Assembly (NCBI GenBank): GCA_022616665.1 | Contig: JAKEFJ010000028.1 | Coordinates: forward strand, 14,492-78,491 | DNA: 64,000 nt | DNA from: Acidobacteriota bacterium | Lineage (GTDB): Bacteria; Acidobacteriota; Polarisedimenticolia; Gp22-AA2; AA152 | Direction of reading: 5' to 3' | Shown here: positions 20,302-28,557 of the stretch, in pieces | Numbering within the stretch: the first letter of the stretch is position 1 | Layout of the letters: every line of letters begins with the position of its first letter | Notes under the pieces: generated by a model | The model's database searches: none | What the model saw: the letters and a program-made list of their open reading frames with translations, nothing else | Told to the model about the DNA's origin: nothing | Translations under genes and position numbers: made by a program

Positions 20302-21134
20302 GAAAAGGTCATCCCGGCGTAGCCCACCACTGAGTTGGAATCGCCACTGACCTCACCCGAATGGGAGTAGCGAATCAGGCGGCCGACCCGAGCGCCAAGC
20401 TCGTGACCGGCCAGAAGCCCCGCCACGGCCGGTGCGTAGCCGCACATGGAGATCCCCTCGTGGCGCACCACTCGATAGAGCGCTTCCGCATCGACGGCTT
20501 CCATCGCCGCCACCGCCAATCGATCCTTCTTCTCCGCAACTCCGGCGGGCTCGTAATGCGTCATGTCGCTGCTGATCACAATCAGGACCTCTTCCCGGAT
20601 TTTCCGAATGGCGTCGGCCAGGCCGCCGGCCAACACCTTCAACAAATCGAGCCGAGTGGTGCCCACCACCACCGGTGTGATCCGGAGGTTCCCCGAGCGG
20701 GCTCTCAAGAAAGGCAGCTGTACCTCGAGACAGTGCTCGTACCGGTGCGCCGACTGATCCGGGATAAGATCCGCGCACGAGTCCTTCAGGGCCTTGGCCA
20801 TCTCCTCATCCACCCGGACCCGCTCACCCGGATACTCCCAGGCTCCGCGGTCCCACAAGGAAAGCGGCGGACCGAGTCCCGTATGGTTGGGGCCCAGCAG
20901 CACAACCCGATCCGGGATCCTTGCACAAGCGTAAACGGCCCCGGCCACGGCACCCGAATAAACCCATCCCGCATGCGGGGCCAAGAGCGCGATGGCACGT
21001 TGGGGTTCCTCGGCGCTGGTGTTGATGAGAAGTCTTGCCACCAGCCCTTCGAGGACTTCCGGTTCACCGGGGTAGAAGCGGCCGGCTACGGCGGGGGCGC
21101 GGACCAAAGGGCTCTCCGCAAGTGTTTGGCACAC
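20298..21134 (-). CDS. MEMO1-family protein (AmmeMemoRadiSam system protein B homolog)
   Basis: FYPGEP and APHAGWVYSGAVAGAVY motifs over a 278-aa span. The stop overlaps the lptD start by 4 nt. Confidence 0.8.
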   Translation of the reverse strand: MCQTLAESPLVRAPAVAGRFYPGEPEVLEGLVARLLINTSAEEPQRAIALLAPHAGWVYSGAVAGAVYACARIPDRVVLLGPNHTGLGPPLSLWDRGAWEYPGERVRVDEEMAKALKDSCADLIPDQSAHRYEHCLEVQLPFLRARSGNLRITPVVVGTTRLDLLKVLAGGLADAIRKIREEVLIVISSDMTHYEPAGVAEKKDRLAVAAMEAVDAEALYRVVRHEGISMCGYAPAVAGLLAGHELGARVGRLIRYSHSGEVSGDSNSVVGYAGMTFS

Positions 21135-21268
21135 AGGTAAGAGACCGTCGCGGATTATAACCCAACCGGGAATCTTCGCCGAGCCGGAATGGCCGCTATC
21201 CTATGGTAGAATTTGAGCTTGGCAAATCAGACTCCTTGTTCAGCCCGGCTGTCGCCGCTCCCTGAGGA

Positions 21269-22195
21269 ATGCGCATGCGAGTCGCTCTCGCCCAGGTGGC
21301 TCCCATCCTGGGGAATGTGGGTGCCAACCTCCGGATGCACTGCAAGACGGCCCAGGCGGCGCATCGTCAAGGGGCCGACCTGGTGGTATTCCCGGAACTC
21401 AGCCTGACCGGATATCTCTTGCAGGACCTGGTTCCTGAGGTTGCTCTTCCCGCGCGGGGCTCCCCCGAAATCCGCGAGCTGCTGGTGCTCTCCCGCCGCA
21501 TCGGCTTGGTGGTGGGCCTGGTGGAGGAGTCGGCAGATCACCGTTACTACAACAGCGTTCTCTTCCTCTGGCGAGGGAGAATCCTCCACCGCCACCGCAA
21601 GGTCTACTTGCCAACCTACGGGATGTTTGACGAAGGGCGCGATTTCGCTGCCGGTGACAGCCTGAGAGCCTTCTCCACGCCCCTCGGCCGATTCGGGATT
21701 CTGATCTGCGAGGATGCCTGGCATCCCACCTCCGCTTATCTGCTGGGACTGGACGGCGCAGACTACCTCCTGATCGTCTCCAGCGGACCGAGCCGGGGAA
21801 TCGACGCCGGGAACGAGCCGGCAAGCCACGACACATGGCGGAATCTCTGCCGAGTGACCGCCCGGTATCAAACGGTCTATGTGGCGTACGTGAATCGCGT
21901 CGGGGTGGAAGACGGAATCCATTTTGGCGGCGGCTCCTGCGTGGTGGATCCCGAAGGACAAATCATTCGCCAGGCCCCCGCCTTGAAGGAGACGATCCTT
22001 CACGCGACGCTTTCCAGAGCGCCCTTGCGGAGGGCCCGCTTGGCTTATCCGCTGCGCCGCGATGAACGACCCGATCTCTTGCTAAAGGAGCTGACCCGAT
22101 TGACCGGGGAAGGGGGCGTTCCGGAGGCGGAGAGGCCGGGGAAGAACTCCGTTCCGAAGGTGCGACCGTTTTTTGCCCGGGGGCGACTGGGATGA
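21269..22195 (+). CDS. Carbon-nitrogen hydrolase (nitrilase superfamily)
   Basis: E-K-C triad context (VVFPELSLTGY... ILICEDAWHP). 308 aa. Confidence 0.8.
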   Translation: MRMRVALAQVAPILGNVGANLRMHCKTAQAAHRQGADLVVFPELSLTGYLLQDLVPEVALPARGSPEIRELLVLSRRIGLVVGLVEESADHRYYNSVLFLWRGRILHRHRKVYLPTYGMFDEGRDFAAGDSLRAFSTPLGRFGILICEDAWHPTSAYLLGLDGADYLLIVSSGPSRGIDAGNEPASHDTWRNLCRVTARYQTVYVAYVNRVGVEDGIHFGGGSCVVDPEGQIIRQAPALKETILHATLSRAPLRRARLAYPLRRDERPDLLLKELTRLTGEGGVPEAERPGKNSVPKVRPFFARGRLG

Positions 22196-23997
22196 GAATT
22201 CTGCTCGCCTATCGCTGCCAGTACGGCGGCCGCAACGATTTCTACACTCGCCAGATGCCGGTGGGGCTGGGGAGCATCAATGCGGTCCTGAGGACCGAGG
22301 GGCACGATGCCAGGCTGGCCAACTTCAGCCGCTCGACCTGGGAGGAGGTTCGGCGCACCCTGCGGCGATTCCGCCCGCGGATTCTGGGAATCTCCCTGTT
22401 CACCTTCAATCGTGGGGCGGTCCTGAGGCTGGCCCGTGTGGCTCGACAGATTGATCCGGGAATCTTCATCGTGGCCGGCGGCCCGCACGCAACTCATTTG
22501 GCGGAGCATGTCCTCTCCCATCACCCCAGCGTCAATGCCGTGGCCATCGGAGAGGGAGAGGAAACCATGCGGGATCTGGCGCGCGCCCTGGAGGCAGGAG
22601 AAGACCTCCGGCGGATAGCGGGGCTGGCGTTTCGGGAGGGTGGGAGGATCGTGCGAACTTCACCCCGCCCGGCGGTGAGCGATCTGGATCTTCTCCCCCA
22701 CCCTGCCGCCCATTATGAAAGTTTCGGCGTCGACCGCTTCGCACAGTTCGAATTCCTCATCACCTCGCGCGGATGTCCGGCCAGATGCACGTTCTGCTCC
22801 ACACCGGAGTTTTGGGGCACGCGGCTGCGGTACCGCAGCGTCGATCACGTGCTGGACGAATTGCGCTTCCTTCAGGAACGCTTCGGGCATACCACGGTCT
22901 CCTTTCGAGATGACACTTTCACGGTGGACAAGAAGCGCACCATCGAGCTTTGTCAGCGTATCCTCGCCTCGGGGCTGCACCTGCTGTGGGATTGCCAGTC
23001 CCGGGTGAACGCCATCGACGAAGAGAGGCTTCTCTGGATGCGCCGCGCCGGCTGCCAGCACATCCAGTATGGAGTCGAATCGGGCTCCCGCTCCATCCTC
23101 GACAAGCTCAACAAGGGAATTCAGCTGGAGCAGGTGATTCGCGCCTGTGCGCTGACGCGCAAAGTGGGGATGGACCTCTCTCTCTACCTCATCACTGGCG
23201 TTCAAGGGGAGAGCGAGGAGGACACTCAGGCAACGCTCCGGCTGATCCGGCGCGTGCGGCCCCACGACGGCATCGTCTCTCCCCTGGTGGTCTATCCTGG
23301 CACGGCGCTATACGAGGAGGCCAAGCAATTGCGGGGAGTGGACGACTCCGTCTGGGAGCGGTCTCGGATGGAGGGACTCCTGGTCAGGGACGATCCGGAG
23401 AGCATCCTGGCCTATCACCGGGTGGACTCGCTGTTGAAGGAGGTGGCCGTCTCCAGCGTCTACACACTGCAGGAGCGCCGGGAGCACAAGAGAGTCGTCG
23501 GAGAGTCTGTGGCACCTACGCTGTCGTGCGGTGAGACCTTGGAAGGTCTCGGAGATCGTTCCGGCGCCGAGGCCGAGTACCTCGAGCTCCTCGAGACTCA
23601 CCCCGGCAGCCTTTGGGGCCACCTGCGCCTGGGAAATCTTGCCGAGATGGCAGGCAACTCGTCCGCGGCGGCGGATCACTATCGCCAGGCCGTGGCTGCC
23701 GTGCCCCGCTACCACCTGGCGCACTCGCTTTTTGGCTCCGCTCTGCGCCGGATGGAAAAGCGGTCGGAAGCCCTTGCGGAGTTTCGCGCGGCCCTCAAAC
23801 TATATCCTAATGATCGCATCGCGCGGCGTGGTATGGCGCTGCTTCGGCGCGGCAGGGCTGCCGGAGCAAAGAGCTTTCCTTCCTTGCGCAAGAAGCCGAG
23901 CACCGGACTCACCGGCAGCTCCACGTGGCCTTCCTTCCTTCGGCACCCGATTCCGGACGGACAATCACGCCCCCCCGAGGCCGGATCCGGCGGATGA
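22192..23997 (+). CDS. B12-binding-domain radical SAM protein with C-terminal TPR repeats
   Basis: N-terminal B12-binding-like fold. CPARCTFC (CxxxCxxC) radical SAM cluster motif. C-terminal TPR-like helices. The ATGA overlap with the upstream hydrolase indicates translational coupling. Confidence 0.8.
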   Translation: MRILLAYRCQYGGRNDFYTRQMPVGLGSINAVLRTEGHDARLANFSRSTWEEVRRTLRRFRPRILGISLFTFNRGAVLRLARVARQIDPGIFIVAGGPHATHLAEHVLSHHPSVNAVAIGEGEETMRDLARALEAGEDLRRIAGLAFREGGRIVRTSPRPAVSDLDLLPHPAAHYESFGVDRFAQFEFLITSRGCPARCTFCSTPEFWGTRLRYRSVDHVLDELRFLQERFGHTTVSFRDDTFTVDKKRTIELCQRILASGLHLLWDCQSRVNAIDEERLLWMRRAGCQHIQYGVESGSRSILDKLNKGIQLEQVIRACALTRKVGMDLSLYLITGVQGESEEDTQATLRLIRRVRPHDGIVSPLVVYPGTALYEEAKQLRGVDDSVWERSRMEGLLVRDDPESILAYHRVDSLLKEVAVSSVYTLQERREHKRVVGESVAPTLSCGETLEGLGDRSGAEAEYLELLETHPGSLWGHLRLGNLAEMAGNSSAAADHYRQAVAAVPRYHLAHSLFGSALRRMEKRSEALAEFRAALKLYPNDRIARRGMALLRRGRAAGAKSFPSLRKKPSTGLTGSSTWPSFLRHPIPDGQSRPPEAGSGG

Positions 23998-24983
23998 TGC
24001 GAAAGTCGCACAACACCCTGCTTCTCGTCGCCGCGGCCCCGGATGAAGGGGTCAGGCTGGACCGCTTTCTCAGGGAGAAAAGCGGCGTGCTCTCTCGAAC
24101 CCGGGCCCGCGATCTGCTTTCGGCAGGGGGCGTGACCATCAACGGCCGAAGGGTCAAGATCGCCTCGCGGCTATTGAGAAACGGAGACCGGGTTGAGGTC
24201 CATCCGCTTTCGGAGGACCGTCGGTCCGGCGCTCCGCCGGGGATGGAGCCCTTTCGTGTCGTCCATGAAGATGCCGCCGTCATCGTCGTGGACAAGGCAC
24301 CGGGAATCCTGGTGCAGCCCACCCCCCAGGGAGACCGGGGAACTCTCCTGGACTTGGTCTCCCGACATCTGCGCAAACGCTACCCCGAGGTGAAATCCCC
24401 TTACTTGGGCCTGCTTCACCGAATCGATCGGGAAACTTCAGGCCTGCTTCTCTTCTCCAGGCGAGGCACCGCAAACCGCATCCTGGCAGAGCAGTTCCGC
24501 GGCCACACCATTTCCCGGGAGTACCTGGCCTTGGCTCGAGGGAAGTTCGCCTCTGACTCCGGCACTATCGCCGATCCTCTGGTCCGATCTTCCCCCCTCG
24601 CCAGGCGCGCTTCCGCATCTTCCCATCGCAACGAAGGAAAAGAGGCCATCACCCATTTTCGCGTGCTGGAGCGATTCGCAGGAGCCACACTTCTCTCGAT
24701 CACCCTGGAAACGGGCAGGACACACCAGATCCGCATCCATCTGGCGGGCCGGGGCCACGCGGTGGTGGGCGACAAGGTCTACGCCTTGAGGGCTTACTCC
24801 CCCTCCAACCCGCTGCTGGACCGTTTTCCGCGGCAGGCGCTGCACGCCTGTCGACTCGGATTTACTCACCCGGGAAGTGGAGCATGGCTGGAGTTTGAGT
24901 CTCCCCTCCCTGAAGACTTAGCGGGACTGCTCCGCTCGCTCCGGCAGGGGAACAGGTCCGAACCACCCTCCTCCCTTTCCTGA
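23994..24983 (+). CDS. rluD: 23S rRNA pseudouridine synthase, RluA/RluD family (S4 domain + PseudoU_synth_2)
   Basis: S4 domain (RLDRFL...) and catalytic HRIDRETSGLLLFS motif. The start was trimmed to the MMRKSH ATG at about 23994. Confidence 0.8.
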   Translation: MMRKSHNTLLLVAAAPDEGVRLDRFLREKSGVLSRTRARDLLSAGGVTINGRRVKIASRLLRNGDRVEVHPLSEDRRSGAPPGMEPFRVVHEDAAVIVVDKAPGILVQPTPQGDRGTLLDLVSRHLRKRYPEVKSPYLGLLHRIDRETSGLLLFSRRGTANRILAEQFRGHTISREYLALARGKFASDSGTIADPLVRSSPLARRASASSHRNEGKEAITHFRVLERFAGATLLSITLETGRTHQIRIHLAGRGHAVVGDKVYALRAYSPSNPLLDRFPRQALHACRLGFTHPGSGAWLEFESPLPEDLAGLLRSLRQGNRSEPPSSLS

Positions 24984-25123
24984 GCCTTCACCGCCCGATT
25001 TACACCGGGAAAGTCCCGGGCGGCAGCGCCACTTCGATGGGGGTGATGCAGATCATGGCGCCCGGGCCGAATCGCGTGAATGATTGGGATTGGCAGCCCA
25101 GACGCAGGGGAAGGAGACCATCT

Positions 25124-26497
25124 ATGCCGGTCATCATCGAGCCGTTTCGCATCAAGGTCGTGGAACCGATTGCCTTGCTGAGCCGGGAGGAGCGGGAGCG
25201 CCACCTCGCCGCCGCCGACTATAACCTGTTCGCACTTCCCGCCGAGGCGGTGACCTTCGACCTGCTCACCGATTCGGGAACCGTCGCCATGAGCGCCGCC
25301 CAGTGGGGCGCCATGATGGTCGGGGACGAGTCGTATGCCGGCTCCCGCTCCTACTATCGATTCGAGAAGGTGGTGAAGGACCTGACCGGTTATCGGCACA
25401 TCATCCCCGTGCATCAGGGACGGGCTGCCGAGAGAATCCTCTTTCATTTGACTGTTGGGGCCGGCTCCATCCTTCCCAGCAATACCCACTTCGACACCAC
25501 CCGGGCCAATATCGAATACGGGGGCGGGCAGGCCGAGGATCTGGTCGTGGAAGAGGCCGCCCAGACCGCTTCCGAATACCCCTTCAAGGGAAACATCGAC
25601 CTGCAGCGCCTGGATGATTTCTGCCGGAGAAACATCGGCAGGATTCCTTCGGGAATGCTCACGATCACCAACAACGCCGGCGGGGGCCAGCCCGCCAGCC
25701 TGGAGAACATCCGGGGATGCTCCCGGATTCTCCGCAGCCACGGCATTCCGTTCATTCTGGACGCTTGCCGCTTCGCTGAGAATGCCTATTTCATCAAGCT
25801 CCGGGAGCCAGAACACGCCTCGCGCTCCGTGGCCGATATTGCCCGGGAGATCTTCCGTCTCGCCGACGGCTGCACTTTCAGCGGGAAGAAGGATGGCTTG
25901 GTTAACATGGGGGGATTCCTCGCCTTGAACGACGATTCTCTGGCCTCGGAGGCGAGGAACCTCCTGATTCTCACCGAGGGGTTTCCCACCTATGGCGGAT
26001 GTGCCGCCCGGGATCTCGAAGCGCTGGCCGTGGGACTTCAGGAGGTGCTGGACGAAGCCTATCTGGGGTACCGCCTGGCCACGGTCCGCTATCTGGCCGA
26101 CGGACTCACCCAATGCGGAATCCCCACGGTCCGACCCCCTGGAGGCCATGCGGTCTTCATCGATGCGCGCAAATTCCTCCCTCACATCCCCGCCCGGCAG
26201 TACCCGGGGCAGTCCCTGGCTTGCGAGCTCTATCTCTCGGGCGGCATTCGCTCCTGCGAAATCGGTAGCGTCATGTTCGGACGGCAAGACGATGCCGGTC
26301 GATTCGTGGAGCCACCCCTGGATCTGGTCCGCCTGGCGCTGCCTCGACGCGCCTATACCCAGAGCCACGTGGACCGGATTATCGAGATCGGAGGCGAAGT
26401 GGCCGTCCGCAAGGATCAAATCCGAGGTCTGGATATGACCTACTCACCCCCGTTTCTGCGCCACTTCACCGCGAGATTCCGGCCAGCCAGCCGCTGA
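25124..26497 (+). CDS. Beta-eliminating lyase: tryptophanase / tyrosine phenol-lyase family (PLP-dependent)
   Basis: Near-colinear similarity to TnaA/TPL (FRIKVVEP...DSGT.AMS..QWAAMM.GDE.Y.GSRSYY...ARFAENAYFIK...PRR.YTQSH). GGAAGGAGA RBS before the ATG at 25124. Confidence 0.85.
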   Translation: MPVIIEPFRIKVVEPIALLSREERERHLAAADYNLFALPAEAVTFDLLTDSGTVAMSAAQWGAMMVGDESYAGSRSYYRFEKVVKDLTGYRHIIPVHQGRAAERILFHLTVGAGSILPSNTHFDTTRANIEYGGGQAEDLVVEEAAQTASEYPFKGNIDLQRLDDFCRRNIGRIPSGMLTITNNAGGGQPASLENIRGCSRILRSHGIPFILDACRFAENAYFIKLREPEHASRSVADIAREIFRLADGCTFSGKKDGLVNMGGFLALNDDSLASEARNLLILTEGFPTYGGCAARDLEALAVGLQEVLDEAYLGYRLATVRYLADGLTQCGIPTVRPPGGHAVFIDARKFLPHIPARQYPGQSLACELYLSGGIRSCEIGSVMFGRQDDAGRFVEPPLDLVRLALPRRAYTQSHVDRIIEIGGEVAVRKDQIRGLDMTYSPPFLRHFTARFRPASR

Positions 26498-26619
26498 TCG
26501 CCTCCTGCTCATCGGGTGCAAGGTCGCGGCGGCGGAGGTATACTGACCTGGTCGCGCCGTCCCCTCGTCGCGACGGCGCGGCCTACCGACAAGAGAGACG
26601 CTTCCTCAGGGAGGTGCCC

Positions 26620-28557
26620 ATGAACGGGCGTCATTCCAGGATCACCCGGCCCCTCATCCGCGACAACGGGTCTCTGAGGCCCGCCTCGTGGGACGAGGCG
26701 CTGGACCGGGCAGCGGAGGGATTCCGAAAGGCGGTTGATCGCTTGGGCGGGAGCGGCTTCGGGCTATTCAGCTGCTCCAAGGCCACCAACGAAGTGAACT
26801 ATCTTGCCCAGAAGTTTGCCCGGGCGGTCCTGCAGAGCAACAACATCGACAGCTGCAACCGTACGTGACACGCCCCCAGCGTCGTCGGTCTGGCGACGGT
26901 CTTCGGGGCAGGCGGTGGCACCAGTTCGTATCGTGAGGCGGAGGAGGCGGATGTCATCATCCTGTGGGGCTCCAATGCCCGGGAAACCCACCCTATCTTC
27001 TTTCACCATGTCTTGAAAGGGGTACATCGCGGAGCGCAGCTGTACGTGGTGGATCCGCGCCGCACCACGTCGGCCGCATGGGCTCACGGATGGCTGGGGC
27101 TGGACGTCGGCTCCGATATCGCCTTGGCGAATGCCATGGCGCGGGAGATTATCCAAGCGAATCTGCACCATCAGAAGTTCATCGCTTCCGCCACCACGGG
27201 GTTCGAGGAATTCCGCTCCGCTGTGGAGAGCTACACCCTGGAGGAGGGAGAGCGTCTTACCCGCGTTCCGGCATCTCTGATACGACAGCTGGCGCACGAG
27301 TATGCTCGCGCCGGAAAGGCCCAACTTTGCTGGACCCTGGGAATCACCGAACACCACAATGCGGTGGACAACGTGCTCGCTCTCATTAACCTGGCCCTCC
27401 TCACCGGCCACGTGGGGCGTTTCGGCTCTGGGGTGAATCCCTTGCGTGGTCAGAACAATGTCCAGGGAGGGGGTGACATGGGAGCCCTCCCAAACAAGCT
27501 GCCAGGATTCCAGGACGTGGAAGATGCCGCCCTGCGAGGCAAGTTCGAAAGGGCCTGGGGCGTCAGCATACCGGCGAAGAAAGGCTGGCACTTGACCGGG
27601 ATGTTCGAGGCCATGGAGCGTGGCGAGTTGTCGAGTCTCTACGTGATCGGTGAAAACCCCGCCCAGTCCGAAGCCGATGCTCGGCACGCCAACCACCTGC
27701 TGGAGAACCTCGAGCACCTGGTGGTGCAGGACCTCTTCCTGACGCGCACCGCCGAGATGGCCCACGTCGTCTTCCCTGCCGCCTCCTCCTGGAGTGAATC
27801 GGAGGGAACCGTGACCAGCAGCGAGCGCCGGGTCCAGCGCGTGAGAAAAGCGATGAACCCCCCTGGCGAGGCCAGGCAGGACCTGGAGATCCTCGTCGAG
27901 CTGGCCCGACATCTCGGGCACGACTGGGGCCGCCCCAGCGCCGAATCCACGTGGAATGAGCTGCGCTCCCTCTCTCCGATGCACGGCGGCATGGCTTACG
28001 GGAGGCTCGAGGAGATGGGAGGCATCCAGTGGCCCTGCCCCGACGAGAGCCATCCCGGGACGCAGTACCTGCATGCCCGGCTGTGGGCGGAGCCGGTGGA
28101 GGGCCCCAAAGCTCCCTTCAGTGTCGTCCGATTCGAGCCTCCGGTGGACGAGCTTACGGAGGAGTTTCCCATCCGCCTCACCACCGGGCGACGGCTCGAT
28201 TCGTTTAACACCGGCGTGCAGACCCGCGCGTTTTCTTCCCCGCTGCGCCGGGCAGAGACCCTGGATATCTCCCCAGAGGACGGCCGGCGCTACGACGTGG
28301 CGGAGGGAGAAGTGGTGCAGGTGGCATCAAGGCGGGGCCGGGTGCTCGCTCCGATCCGCTACGACGCAGGCCTTAGGCCGGGGCTCGCCTTCATGACCTT
28401 CCATTTCCCCGATCAGGTCGAGACCAATCTCCTCACCATCGAGGCGAACGATCCCAAGTCAGGCACCGCGGAATTCAAGGCTAGCGCCATCCGCATCGAC
28501 AAAGTCGCGGCGACCGCCGGCGCCATCCTGAAAGAGAAGGCATGGACATCCGCCTGA
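26620..28557 (+). CDS. Formate dehydrogenase catalytic (molybdopterin) subunit with selenocysteine encoded by in-frame TGA at 26866-26868; lacks the N-terminal Fe-S part
   Basis: Two same-frame track ORFs (26614-26868 and 27013-28557) separated only by a TGA. The context SCNRT-U-HAPSVVGLATVFG matches the FdhF Sec site (CARV-U-HGPSVAG). MopB and molybdopterin-binding domains follow. A SECIS-like hairpin lies 15-33 nt downstream of the UGA. Confidence 0.8.

Noticed and set aside
18353-20322. ORFs 18353-19072 (-), 18397-19122 (+), 19301-19969 (-), 19363-20322 (+) inside lptD
   Set aside because: Shadow ORFs of the GC-rich repeat-containing lptD. Only the 942-aa frame gives the OstA/LptD domains.
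21135-21268. TGGCA...TTG sequence in the MEMO1/CN-hydrolase intergenic as a sigma54 promoter
   Set aside because: The spacing between GG and GC elements is wrong (11 nt insert instead of 5).
24866-26419. 517-aa minus-strand ORF antisense to the tryptophanase/TPL gene
   Set aside because: No recognisable domains and low-complexity Gly/Ala/Arg-rich translation typical of GC-rich shadow frames. The plus-strand ORF has near end-to-end similarity to TnaA/TPL and an RBS.
26554-26579. 8-bp GC hairpin (GCGCCGUC...GACGGCGC) between the lyase and FDH genes as a possible riboregulator
   Set aside because: It has no U-tract and is too short and simple to call a riboswitch. At most a weak terminator/insulator, reported only here.
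26764-28074. 436-aa minus ORF antisense to the FDH catalytic gene
   Set aside because: Antisense to strongly conserved MopB sequence, with no domains.
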